Origin: Octopus vulgaris
Taxonomy: Eukaryota
Direction: 5' to 3'
Length of the DNA stretch: 64,000 nt
Assembly: GCA_951406725.2 (NCBI GenBank)
Contig: OX597815.1
Coordinates: forward strand, 147,374,001-147,438,000
Shown: in pieces, positions 1 to 12,625 of the stretch
Numbering within the stretch: the first letter of the stretch is position 1
Layout of the letters: each line of letters starts with the position of its first letter
The notes under the pieces: model-generated
What the model saw: the letters and a program-made list of their open reading frames with translations, nothing else
Database searches by the model: none
What the model was told of the DNA's origin: nothing
Translations under genes and position numbers: made by a program

Positions 1-54
1 ACCAAAGCCTTGTGAGTGGATTTGGTAGGCGGAAACTGAAAGAAGCCCGTCGTA

Positions 55-98
<44 letters not shown>

Positions 99-823
99 TA
101 AATGAAATAAAACATATGCATATATATAAACATATATGTACGTACCTACCTCTACATGTACATATACACGCATATATGGGTACAGGACACCAAAGGGACG
201 TCGAACACAAAGAGAAACGAAAACATAGACACAAACCAAAGGAACTGGACATTTTTTTAAAAACAACAACAAATGGAGTACAGGACAATTAACACAAAGT
301 AAAAACCCCTTCTTCAGTCGCTATGGTTTCATCTACTCTACGTTTCGAAGGATAAAAGCGAGGCGTATCTTCGACAAGAAACTTTCCTTCCTGCGAAAAG
401 CAAATCAATAAAAATTCTGAGATCTTTTCGCAGAGGGGTAAAAAAACAGGACAGTAACGACAGTACAAAAATATAAACAGTAAAAGACAGGACAGTGAAA
501 AACAAGATAAGAAGGGCTGTTGACGCCGAACGAAAAAAGTATTGCAAACGCAGAATTTTTTGTGAACGACAGGGGAGCAGTAAGAATGTCGTCCAGTTAC
601 CTTGAAAGGCCAGGCCAGAAAGACAGTCAGAGCGGAAGTATCGTCGCGGGTGGACGACGGGAAGGGGGGAGGACGAGCAAGAGGAAGGGAGAGAAGAAGG
701 GGAATGGCTGCGAGGAAACCATGAAGAATGGTGAGGGGGAGAGAGAGAGGAAGAGACAAGTTAAGTAGAGGAAAAAGAAAATCAAAGAATAGGGATGGGA
801 CAGAAAGGTGAAGAGTGCGCGTC

Positions 824-865
<42 letters not shown>

Positions 866-1073
866 TTGTGTGTCCGTGTTTGTTCCCCTAGAATTGCTTG
901 ACAACCGATGCTGGTGTGTTTATGACCCCGTCACTTAGCGTTTCGGCAAAAGAGACCGATAGAATAAGTACTGGACTTACAAAGAATAAGTCCCGGGGTC
1001 GAGTTGCTCGATTAAAGGTGGTGTTCCAGCATGGCCGCAGTCAAATGACTGAAACAAGTAACAGAGTAAAAGA
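1..1073 (+). mobile_element. tRNA/CORE-like SINE family A (octopus OR-type), split at its internal (TA)n by a ~725-bp insert; halves at 1-52 and ~846-1073
   Basis: ACCAAAGCCTTGTGAGTGGATTTGGTAG..GAAGCCCGTCG followed by GCTTGACAACCGATGCTGG..CATGGCCGCAGTCAAATGACTGAAAC. Both halves match the uninterrupted copy at 31178-31556 (-). Confidence 0.85.
96..823. mobile_element. Unclassified non-coding insertion in a (TA)n tract
   Basis: Flanked by (TA)n on both sides and separates the two SINE halves. Contains the hairpin CTGCGAAAAG..CTTTTCGCAG (401-433) and a purine-rich segment. Confidence 0.55.
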
Positions 1074-1088
1074 GTATATATATATATA

Positions 1089-1124
<36 letters not shown>

Positions 1125-2028
1125 TGTGTGTGTATGTGTGTGCGTGTGTGTGTACAAGTATGTATATATATATATACTAATTCCTATCATTAGAGCATAA
1201 ATATCACATGTATGCATGTTTGCATGCGTTTGTGCGTATATATGTATGTATATATGTTTACATATGTGTTCTACTGCATATGGGAATCTTGAATATATAC
1301 AACTCAATGTTTTGTATGTTCTTGTTTATATCGCTCTCATATACCCAGACACTTAATTTCCTACATACAGACATGAACTATTAAATACTAACATGGAAAT
1401 ATACATATTAAATTACTTCAACCTCTGCTTCTTTATGTTCAGCTATGAGTCTATGAAAAAATATTTTCTCCATGAATGGGGGTAAATAATTTCATTATTC
1501 TGTCTTTTTCAAATGGAACGTTTGAAGAATTATCAAAGATTACTATTATAATATGTTATCAAAGAGCTTTAGAATCTGTATCTCTACAAAGTTATCTTTT
1601 CATATATTAACAATCAGCGCAAATTCGCTGATCATTTAACTTCTAATCAACAATATTGAATTTAATTCTCAGCTTTTCATGTTTTAGATGTTTGATGGAA
1701 AACTAAACAATAGAGCAAAACAAGTTTCTTTGATCAGAATATTGCCATATTCTGGTATATGTTTAATATTCTTAGTAAGCATTACGTCCTTTTTCAGACT
1801 TTAACATATCGTTTTGAGGTGCCATTTCATGGTCTAAAAGTTTCGGTGTATACTTGGTTTCCGAGTTTAAAGTTGTTAGTTTTCTTATCAAATATTTTGT
1901 CGTATTACATTCTATCATTTTATATTTCGAGTTCAAAATTTGTCTCTAGATTTCATTGTGATTCTGCAAGAATATATTCATGCATATATGCGCAAATATG
2001 CACACACACACCACGTTCGCACACAAAT

Positions 2029-2115
<87 letters not shown>

Positions 2116-2118
<3 letters not shown>

Positions 2119-2215
2119 AACACCCCACGGATTTTTATGGATAACACCATACAAAGTTCTGGTGCATCTAAATTAAGTACCATATTCATTTGAATCTAAA
2201 TTTTTGCTGAATTTA
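2116..2215. repeat. Fragment of a dispersed repeat, reverse complement of ~32126-32222
   Basis: TCTGGTGC..TTAAGTACCATATTCATTTGAATCTAAATTTTTG matches the reverse complement of the 32.1-kb copy; flanked by (TA)n. Confidence 0.7.
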
Positions 2216-4973
2216 TATATATCTATATATCTATATATCTATCTATATATATATGTGTATGTAAGTATGTATGTATGTATGTATGTATATGTGTATGTAT
2301 GTATGTATGTATGTATGCATGTATGTATAATATATTTACATAGACTCTATTAATATATTAATGTTGTCTCTTTTAGTGTGTATCAATTCAATCTGTATGT
2401 GACTTTACCGGAATTTGTATGATACTGGTTAAAAGATCTAACCACCATATAGCGACTGTCAGTTCCATGTTTCCAAAATCCAAGTGTAAGTCCGAAATGC
2501 TTTCTCTCAAAGATTTTGCTTTTAAAAACATTCAAATTCTAGACTACCTTTTAGCAGATATTTCATTCTTTGATATCCATATAAGCAAATTGTTTTTTCT
2601 GCATTCTTCCTTTCTGCCTTTAGCGCAGATATAGACAGGGCAGAAAATGTTCATCAACTTTACAGAATAAACCATTGACGTCTCGAGGATCCCAATGATA
2701 GAATTGCCTCAGATATCGACATAGTCATTGATATTTTCAACTAATATTCAATTATTGCGATTTTATTAGGCAAAAGAAAATTACGCTTTACACCATTTTT
2801 TGAAAGAAATCAACATCAAATTCAGTACATGCGCAAGTCTTTCCTCTTTTCTGGAAATGTTACCTATATATCAACGAGAATTTACTGACGGTATGTGACT
2901 CAATTCACGCTTAAACGGCTGGTGATACAAAAGAAGATAATATTATAAGATTTCATTGTTGAAATGCTATAGTAGAAATGTTGGAAAAAATATTAAATGC
3001 ATTCTAGTATTTAGTTTCACTCCCTTCCCACCTGTTTCAAAATGCCACATAATAAGGATTCGCTGTCTTTCGGTGTGCCAAAGAAACAATACATGAATGA
3101 AAAATTTGAAAAATGCAAAATTCCATGCATCGTTAATTGAAATGTAAATCTACATAAAAACTTGTTAAGCGAGTATGCAACACAACACAATGGATATTTG
3201 AAAAATATGTGATAACAAGTGGACAAATCCACAGTTTACCGTTTACTATTTATATATTTCACAGTAAAAATCTAGTTTCAAAGAGACAATTTGTTGAATT
3301 TGTCATGTAGTTATATTTTCGTTGCTGCTTAAATATGATGGTTAACTGATATTAAGCGTATGGTGAGTCGAGCAACTAGCTCCTATCACGCTTGTAAGAA
3401 AAAATGGTTTTTAAACAATTCAGATAAACATTATTTAACATTTCGAGATATGGAAGTGGCCAACATATAATGAAATGGCTTCAGTCGATCATCCCATGGA
3501 GTTTCTCATTTTGCGTGTGTAACAAAATAAACATTGCGATAATTTGAAGAAATATTTGTTTAAGATATACGACAGTCAAGTTATAAATCTTATGCTAACT
3601 ACTTCAGTATTACAGCAAATTCCACAAATACTTTTAAAACATATCATTATTCATTCTAAGTTATGATTATACGTATGATCATGAATTTCCTCATTGGAAC
3701 ATTACGCTTACAGAAAAGAAATGTTACTATGGAATTTATATTTGCACGTCATAGTTTGAAGAAGGTATATCGAAGAATAATTTCAGAGAGGAATTTTAAA
3801 ACAATGTATTTTTACAATGAAACTTTGTAGATAAAGAAAATATAAAGTGTGATATACAATGAGTTTGATAATGGCAGCCTATATGCTGTTATTATTAAGA
3901 TAAAAAGAAAAGTATCTTGAGAAAAGATCGCAACAGTACCAAGTTAAATTCTGACTTATTTCACAATCAGTCATAATATTGAAACTTGCAATGTTTGAAA
4001 GAATAATTTCTCTGAGGTCATTATTGATGAGAATGTACGTAGCTTGCCTCCACAAACGTGCAGTATTTCCTTCACTTTTCTTCCTTGCCATTTATATTGT
4101 TATCTCTTGAACCACAGATGAATCAAGTGTCATAATTTAATAACAACAAACAATGAAAATTATCTTGAGAATTAACCTAGCAATCAATTGATTGTTAGTT
4201 TTCAATCATAAATATTCATTAATCTTCTTTATTACATGTGTCTTCAATTTTCATTCTTTTTGTATTGTTCATTGTTTCAGTACTGGCTGTTGTTATTCTT
4301 TATCGTTTTCAACTGTGAAATTGCAGAAAACTCTGCTGGTGGCAGTAGTAGTAAAGGTAGTAGCATCAGCAATATTAGTAGTGATCATAGTAGCTGTGAT
4401 AGTGGTAGTAGTAGTAGAAGTAGTTGTAGTAGTAGCTATTGCTGATGTGTTTGCTGTTGTTCATTTTGCTGCTGTTTGGCAATATTTGTCTTCCAGTTTT
4501 ACTATTGTTAAGATTTTCTCTCATGTCAGTTATCGTTTTGAATATACCACCTTATTTTATAAACGGTTTCTCAAGAGCCAGCAAGATTTCTATTCACAAA
4601 ACTTCAAATACAGTCAGTTCTTGAGTAGAATGTTCACTGAGTGACATCTATTTACTCGTTAATCAACAAAGAAGCAGGAAAATTACCACGAACAGAACAA
4701 TAAAGAATATAATACCATTCAAAAATCACTAGTTTATTGAAAAGACTAAAATCATTCCTTCTTTATCTGTAGTACTTATTAAGACTTAGTCTCAATCTCT
4801 GTCTGTTACCCTGCCTCTCTGCATCCTCTTACCCTGACGCTTCGTCACTTTATATATAGATACATCAACACACAGGCACGTATATACAACACACACACAT
4901 ATACGCTGATATATACTGAAGGAAATAGAGATATAGAAGGACAGAAGGAAATGATGTGTATATATCATATGTG

Positions 4974-5023
<50 letters not shown>

Positions 5024-6346
5024 TATATGTACATATATGAATGTGTGTGTGTTCGTGTTTTCCTCTCTCTCTCTCTCTCTGTATGTTTATTCATGTGTGT
5101 GATCATGTACGTGTGTCTAAGTATAAAACTGACTGAAAGCTATAGTTATTCAGTTCATTACAGAGAATTTGTATTTGCAAATTGACAGGTAAGTACTTAT
5201 AGAATAATTAGTCAGTTTGCTTTGTCGATTAGATGTTTGCAACGTGTGAAGCCGCTACAACGTTAGGCATGGAATCTTGTAACTTAGTCACCACGCAAGG
5301 GAACATTTTGGGAGAGTTTGGGAATAAATCATCGTGGGTCAATATTTAATTTTCTAGGTAGATATATAGGTCGCAAGTTAAGCAATTCGGTCGCGATTAA
5401 ACATTCCAAGCTTTTAAATACGCAAATTTCCTGAATAGTATTTACTAGATAAAACGAACTTGACACACAATGTTAGATTGTGATGGCTGTTCCTAGAAAT
5501 CATCGCGAATTATTTCCTGAAGGATATTTGCAATCATTACAAGACACGGATCTCGTCTGACAGGTAAATACTACAACGGCAGGCCACAGAGTGTGAAGAG
5601 CCTTTAACAATACGTCATATTGTAACAAGTAGTTATGTTCGACGTTACTAATCATACGTATGATATAACATTCTGAAGTTGTTTGTTCACCGAAAGATTT
5701 TCAAATGTTAGTCGTACCGTCATTTGAAGTTGTTTGTATAAAAAAGTTTAACATTTCTGGGAATAGAGTCTTCTGTTAATATTGTTCTATGTACCACCAT
5801 CTTGTAATGACAAAAGCTCCTCAGTATGTGTGTGTGCGTGTCATAATGTCAGTAATTGTAGGTGTTGCTGGGATAGGGGCTCATCAATTGTATATTTTTA
5901 GCAGGGGTGTGTGAAGTTGGAAGTAATTTTAGCTCTTTAATAATAGCTAAGAAAACTGGCTGTGAGGTATCAGAATGTTGAGTTCCTCAAGAAATAGGAC
6001 GTTTCTACATATATAGGCGCAGGAGTGGTTTTATGGTAAGAAGTTTGTTTTCCATCCACATGGTTCCAGATTCAGTCCCACTGCGTAGCATCTTGGGCAA
6101 GTGTCTTCTAGTATAGTCTCGGGCCGACCAAAGCCTTCTGAGGAGATTTGGTAGACGGAAACTGTAAGAGGCCCGTTGTATATACATACATATATCCCCC
6201 ACCATCCCTTAGCACCGATGTTGGTGTGTTTACGTCCTCCTAACTTAGCGGTTCGGCAAAACAGACCGATAGAATAGGTTATAGGCTTACAAATAATAAA
6301 CATTATTTAGAATTGACGGATATTTATCCTCATCTTGTTGGTTGTT

Positions 6347-6392
6347 GACACAATGTTTCGGCTGATGTACTATCCAGCCTTCATCAGGTGTC
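6347..6392 (-). ncRNA. Minimal type-I hammerhead ribozyme motif
   Basis: Minus strand reads GACAC-CUGAUGA-A-GGCUG(gauaguacau)CAGCC-GAAAC-AUU-GUGUC. Stems I and II pair perfectly; one G>A change in the ACGU palindrome. Confidence 0.8.
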
Positions 6393-6431
6393 TTGGGGAA
6401 ATTTTGAATTTCCTAAGGTATTTTTCGATGC

Positions 6432-6513
<82 letters not shown>

Positions 6514-6616
6514 TGATCCGAATAATGATAACAACAACTACAACCAATATAATAATAACAATAACAACATCGAAAAATACCTTAGGAATAAGAACCCAGG
6601 TTCGAAACTTCTCCAA

Positions 6617-6662
6617 GATACCTGATGAAGGCTGGGGGGTTTATCAGCTGAAACGTTGTGTC
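6617..6662 (+). ncRNA. Minimal type-I hammerhead ribozyme motif
   Basis: GAUAC-CUGAUGA-A-GGCUG(..)CAGCU-GAAAC-GUU-GUGUC. Intact core, with a palindromic AACGUU in place of helix III. Confidence 0.85.
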
Positions 6663-6853
6663 AGCAAGTAACAAGATGAGGACAAATATCCGTCAAATGT
6701 GAATGATATAAATAATATAAAAAATGTGCATAATTCCACATCTTTTGAATATAGAACATTATTACAAAGAATACGTCGTGTTGTCGATTTCTTAGACTAA
6801 AGGCGGACCTCGAGCATGGCCGCTATCAAATGATTGAAACATATAAAAGAAAA

Positions 6854-6948
<95 letters not shown>

Positions 6949-8843
6949 TGTGCTTGTGTGTGTATTTGTATGTATTTGTATGTATGTGTGTGTATGTGTG
7001 CGCGTGTGTGTATTGCAACATATAAGCTAGCTGCTGTGGGGTGATTAATCCATAATGCTTTCAACTTTTGGTATGTTTAGGTTTCATCGGCGGTTGTGGA
7101 TGCGGATTGAGAATAGGTTCTTTGTGAAAAGATAATTTCCGAGAAGCTAGCTTGTAATGTTTAGCGACATTTCTGATGAACATTAATCTCTTGAATGATA
7201 AATTGGAAAATCTCCCTCTTATAACTACTTTAGAGGCTGCTAATCAGCAAGAAAGTTTTTGTTTTCTTATAGATGTGTATCATCATATTTCACAACATGT
7301 AAGGTTGACACTGAACTATATTGGAATCAAATGTAATATGTAGGAAATTAGATTTAGGTTAGATTGGAGGAAGAGGAAGATGGGAGAGAAAGAGAGAGAG
7401 AGGGAGAGAGATTGAAATTATTTCACTTGAGGTCATTTGTATTAATGTCCGATCGTATTGTACGATGCAGCTCAATCGATATAAATTAGAACATCATATA
7501 CATCATAAACATCGTATATGTTGTGTAGAGGAACATTAACGAAAACATTTAAGAACGGGTCCTTAAAATATGTTTCGTATGTAAAGATATGATAATGGAT
7601 ACAAGACTGTAGAATCAATGAAATAAAGTAAGGAATAATCATACCGAGAAGAAAATGTACAAAAATTTATAAATGTGAAAGACACAATGATTCAATAAAC
7701 AACAGAAAATGAAAGCAGCAACAAATGCAGAACACAGGCTTAGAGTAAAGTTTGAAACAAAATACAATTTGTATTTTCGTTTGACTTGAGCAATGTAGGA
7801 ATAGGAGAAATGATGAGATGAAAAGCGTAAAGTGGAAAAAAAGATCCATTTTCCATGTAATGTTTTTGAAATTACCGCAGAGGAAATGGGTGGTTAGTTA
7901 GAAGACACAAGATAATATAAATTAGATAGAAGCTACTGGATAATGAAAATAGAGGAGGGATGAGAGGCGTTAAACTATAGTGAGGTCAAGTGAAGTGAAT
8001 AACGAATGTTTTAATGCATGGAATAGAACGAGATTTCATAGAATTATCGACGAAACAAAACTAACTCTCTCTCCACATAAAACATGAAAATTTTATATTT
8101 TCAAAGAAAGGTGGAGAAGGTTAAGATGTGATGCTCTTCTATATGAAACAGAAGAAAAGGGATTAAAATTATATGGCAAGTAATATTTCTTGTAGCACGT
8201 TCGTTAGCTTATGAACCACGTTCGGGAAATATATAATTTTTTACCCGCTTCTTTATTGAAATTCACGAGAGAGAACGTTAATGTTGGCAACAAAATATAT
8301 TATTGTTCTCTTGATGAATTTAAAATATTCAACACATATAAAGTAACATTAAAAATGGAGTTCATCATTAATGATAGTCATTCGTTGTCATGTTGTTTAT
8401 ACATTGGGTAAATATCAATGTCATTAAGAGGGACTTCTTCTGACATGGAAGAAAAAGTCTATAACTTAGAACTGCGTTACTCGCGCAGTTGTAGACGATT
8501 GTTGCGCATTTCTAATAAACTAGGAAATATTTAATGTATTCATGTGTGGCTGAAGTACTGTGTCATTCAGTGTCAAAATTGTTTTTCAAATTTTTAATGC
8601 TATAATTCTTTAGATGCCAGACATATTTAGAAAATGTGCTTGTAGTACATTTTAAATCTTGGAGTAGGCCCTGTGAGAAATAATGAGTACTGTAGACGTA
8701 GGCGTGTTTTGAGGCTGTGTTGAGAAAGAGAGTGTCAGAGAGAAAAGGACATGAAACAGCGTTAAGGGGTTCACTTGATTTCCTTTGTTAGATAAACAGA
8801 AGATCTTGGTCATCAAAAAACTTTACGTAATTTTGTAGAAGCT

Positions 8844-8878
<35 letters not shown>

Positions 8879-10847
8879 TTGCCTTGTGAGTGAATTTGAC
8901 AGGCGGAAATAGTGTGGAAGTCTCTCTGTATTAAAGACTTTGAAACAAATACTAAATGCTTTGTAGGTGTTGAGCTTTCTATTGTTCAGATGCGCTCCTG
9001 TGATTTCAATGCCAGCAAAACGACGTCAGTTATTTTCTTTATATTTTAGTCACCTTTGCGGACATGATTTTGGCAGGAAGTTTGGGGTCGCATTCAGTAG
9101 CTGCAGTTTACTATTTTCAGTGACTGAACATGATATACCCAGCAGTATTGGGTACAACACGTAGTGGGGTGGACAACATGAATCATCGCCTATGTGTAGG
9201 TCCACCCTCACTCTCTTCAATGACATCACAAGACTCTACATGGGCATAACAGCCAATAACTAACGGAGCCACACATTACAACAGAGTATATTATACCTAG
9301 TGCCTCTTTAGGCTACAGCTCACTCGCACTAGTGACCCCTGTGAAATGACTACCGTCCGTATGATGTTCAGGTGATACGGGAATGCTCATGGGTACTATG
9401 CCATATGTGGCATAGTACGCCACAGTATAAGGAACTCTTCTTGTTGAATATACTGTGCTGCCTACCTTTTGAGTGGCGTCAGCATACTGGGAACAACATG
9501 TCCACAACCACATAACTATAAAAATAAGCAGTGTCGTGTTGTCCCCGTTGACAAAATATCAATTACATAAAGCAATTCCAAATGAGATTTATTATCAAAT
9601 ATACCATGATTTTAGTGTGAACTTCCTAATATACCACTATGGCTGTCTTTGATATGGTTTCACTTGTGTATATATATATGCAGGCCACATTCGTTATTTC
9701 CAACTCATTTCCCTACTGAGAAATGCCTGTGTTTTAGTTGCAAATTACTTCATAAGAAGGATCAGGTCTCATCTGGAATTGTGTTCTGATTTTATTAAAA
9801 TTTTACTATTTTTGTGGACTGTCAACATCACACATCTGAGTCGAATGTTTTTTAATATTTTTCTGACGCTGATTTATATTGATTTGCATTCTACTTTATA
9901 CACAAAACTAAAATACGAAAGAAAAATAAACCAAATTAGAAAACATGTATAATATATGGAAAAATTTAATTTCGTTTTTTCTTAACATACAACATATATT
10001 TCTTAATAGAAAAATTTCGAAAGACCTTCGTTCGTCACATAGTGTTTGTTAATCTTCTCTAGTCCAGAGATTTTTGATGTAACACAATACTATCAAATCA
10101 TCTACTTTTACCTATGAAAAAGAAGAGGAGATGATCCTGTAGGCATTGGAAAACGAATACTTCTGTCATATCTAATATTTAAAATTTATTATTCTCATAA
10201 TGATTTCAAAATACTTCCATCTGTCACACAGCTTCGCTAACCGTCACGAGTTCAGAGATAATACTTATACAAAACTATCAATATAAGAAAATAGAAAATG
10301 ATAAGTAAACATAGAGAAATACGAAGTCTATGCTGTGCGGTGAATTTAATGACCTGAGTGGCGTGTAATACCCTACCAATCAAAACAAATTAAACGTCTA
10401 CATTTTAGACATTCCTACATAATTTAGATAATAAATAGGTATTAAATTTATGGCGTAAATATTTCCCCATTCTTATGACAAGGTGATTTCGAAAATTCAT
10501 CAAACTTTCAGTCGACTGCAAAGACAAGTTATCTTATATAGAACTTACATAAATGTTTTAATTACTCATACCAGTTCATTGAAGGTAGACGTGTAGTCGT
10601 GTGTGGTAACCCCCGTTGGCAATCAATCTTTTTCTCTGTCATGTCTGTTTAGTTGTTATCTTATATATACTTTTACCGACATAATTACAATTACACATAC
10701 TCAACCTACCAAACGTACACATGTACATATACATATATACATACATACACACGCACTTATGCATACATGCATACGTACATACAAACATACATATACGCAC
10801 TTATGGAGGGACATATCAATGTACACATGTAAGTATCTATCTATCTA

Positions 10848-10932
<85 letters not shown>

Positions 10933-10968
10933 TGTTAATTGTTATCGCTATATTAATATGTAGATAAT

Positions 10969-10988
10969 ATTTAAACTGTATATGTATG

Positions 10989-11047
<59 letters not shown>

Positions 11048-11125
11048 AAAGAAATTACATTCCACCAATGCTGTGTTGAGCACCAATTTTCATCTTTTAT
11101 AGAGACTTAGTAATTTTAATATTTC

Positions 11126-11171
<46 letters not shown>

Positions 11172-11191
11172 TACTATTTAAACTGTATATG

Positions 11192-11245
<54 letters not shown>

Positions 11246-11302
11246 GCATAAACAAAGAAATTACGTTCTACCAATGCTGTGTTGAGCACCAATTTTCATC
11301 CT
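10969..11302. repeat. Local duplication, ~210-bp period, containing (TA)n
   Basis: TTTAAACTGTATATGTATG..(TA)n..AAACAAAGAAATTAC.TTC.ACCAATGCTGTGTTGAGCACCAATTTTCATC occurs twice. Confidence 0.8.
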
Positions 11303-12019
11303 TTCGTATGTATGTATTTATGTATGTATATCTATAAACATGTATATATACGAATATATATGTATATATGTACGCATGCATACACATATTCATACACGTG
11401 GGAAAATGAAGGAGAAACAGATCGCTAGATTGATAACTATATGCGTGTACGTGTGTGTAGTTCTCCTGGCATGTTCATTGACATGAATAACTTATGGCTC
11501 ATCAGATATCAGTCGATTTAGGTAGTTGATAGCTAAGCAAAAAAAAATATTATTTCGAAGATGTCACTGAATCGCAGGCACAGGCAGCCGCCCATTGTCT
11601 CACTCTCAGACACCCACAACACCAACAGCTACGCACACAACAGGCATACGTATGTGCAAATATATGAGCGTTTTATTATTCGTATAATAATAAACACAAG
11701 GTGACTGGGAATATAAGGAAGGAATATACAATATAATGGTCATAGGGAATTACAACAATAGATTTGTAATTATAGATATTTTTGTTTGTTTTGCTTCGCA
11801 GAACGCTTGGTCTTGTTTGCTCTGGGTGATTCTGTGAGAGTGGACAGCAGCCTGTTGTCAAAGGTCTCAAAGGATCTTTTTCCGCAAATTATAATCTTTG
11901 ACAGTTGGTGGTTAATTATCGTCCAATTTTCAGACCTTCAGTCTGTTGTCAGCATCCTCTGAGTGGGGGATTACGTATGCCGTGGATATGATTAGCGTTT
12001 CGGTCTCAAGATTCAGATC

Positions 12020-12096
12020 TTATTGTTGTTGTTGTTGTTGTTCTTCTTCTTCTTCTTCTTCTTCTTCTTCTTCTTCTTCTTCTTCTTCTTCTTCTC

Positions 12097-12167
<71 letters not shown>

Positions 12168-12187
12168 TATTATTATTATTATTATTG
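12020..12187. repeat. Compound (TTG)n(TTC)n(TTA)n microsatellite
   Basis: Direct reading. Confidence 0.95.
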
Positions 12188-12559
12188 AGTGAGAGAGGGC
12201 AGTGCATACTATCAAAGTGACACTCGAATACGATATACGAAACTCACTATACCCATCATGACTGCCCGTTCGATCAGGGTATACCAGGCACATGCATCAC
12301 GACCATGTATTCGCGAGAAGGTGATCTCATATCAAGATTATTTTTCGAGCACAATCCGGAGTATTGGAGCAGTTCCAAGATGAGCTGTTTTCTGCAAGTA
12401 TTCTACCCTTATTGCAACTCCTATTTCTTCCATGTGCTTCTCCATACTTTTACTCACTGTGCCTAGGGCTCCGACAATTATTGGTATTACTACCACCATT
12501 CTAATCGATCACAACTGATTAACCTCCCAAGCTAAACTGTCATATCTATCGACTTTTCA
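12188..12559 (-). mobile_element. 3' fragment of an R4/Dong-type RLE non-LTR retrotransposon
   Basis: Minus-strand translation VVVIPIIVGALGTVSKSMEKHMEEIG..EYLQKTAHLGTAPILR is the typical RLE C-terminus. Bounded by (ATT)n on both sides. Confidence 0.8.

Positions 12560-12624
<65 letters not shown>

Positions 12625-12625
<1 letters not shown>

Larger units (their letters stand above)
6299..6761. mobile_element. Palindromic non-autonomous element with two hammerhead-bearing inverted arms (Penelope pLTR-like)
   Basis: Arms ~6312-6436 and ~6564-6698 are reverse complements around an (ATT)n/(AAT/AAC)n centre. There is a ~60-bp unpaired tail at 6699-6761. Flanked by TTACAAATAATA (6287-6298) and TTACAAAGAATA (6762-6773). 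Confidence 0.8.
6015..6856 (+). mobile_element. SINE family A, interrupted at 6299-6761
   Basis: Head GGCGCAGGAGTGG, CORE-like CTTGGGCAAGTGTCTT, body to 6298; the tail resumes at 6762 (..GAGCATGGCCGCTATCAAATGATTGAAAC). Confidence 0.85.

Noticed and set aside
300-385. Minus-strand GAAACGUA and CUGAAGA near each other, a possible type-II hammerhead
   Set aside because: I could not form a stem I between the cleavage triplet and CUGAAGA, and the upstream alternative core (UCGAAGA) has no convincing stem II.
1028-1058. SINE/LINE tail hairpin followed by GAAAC resembles hammerhead stem II
   Set aside because: There is no CUGANGA upstream. It is better explained as the LINE 3' recognition stem-loop.
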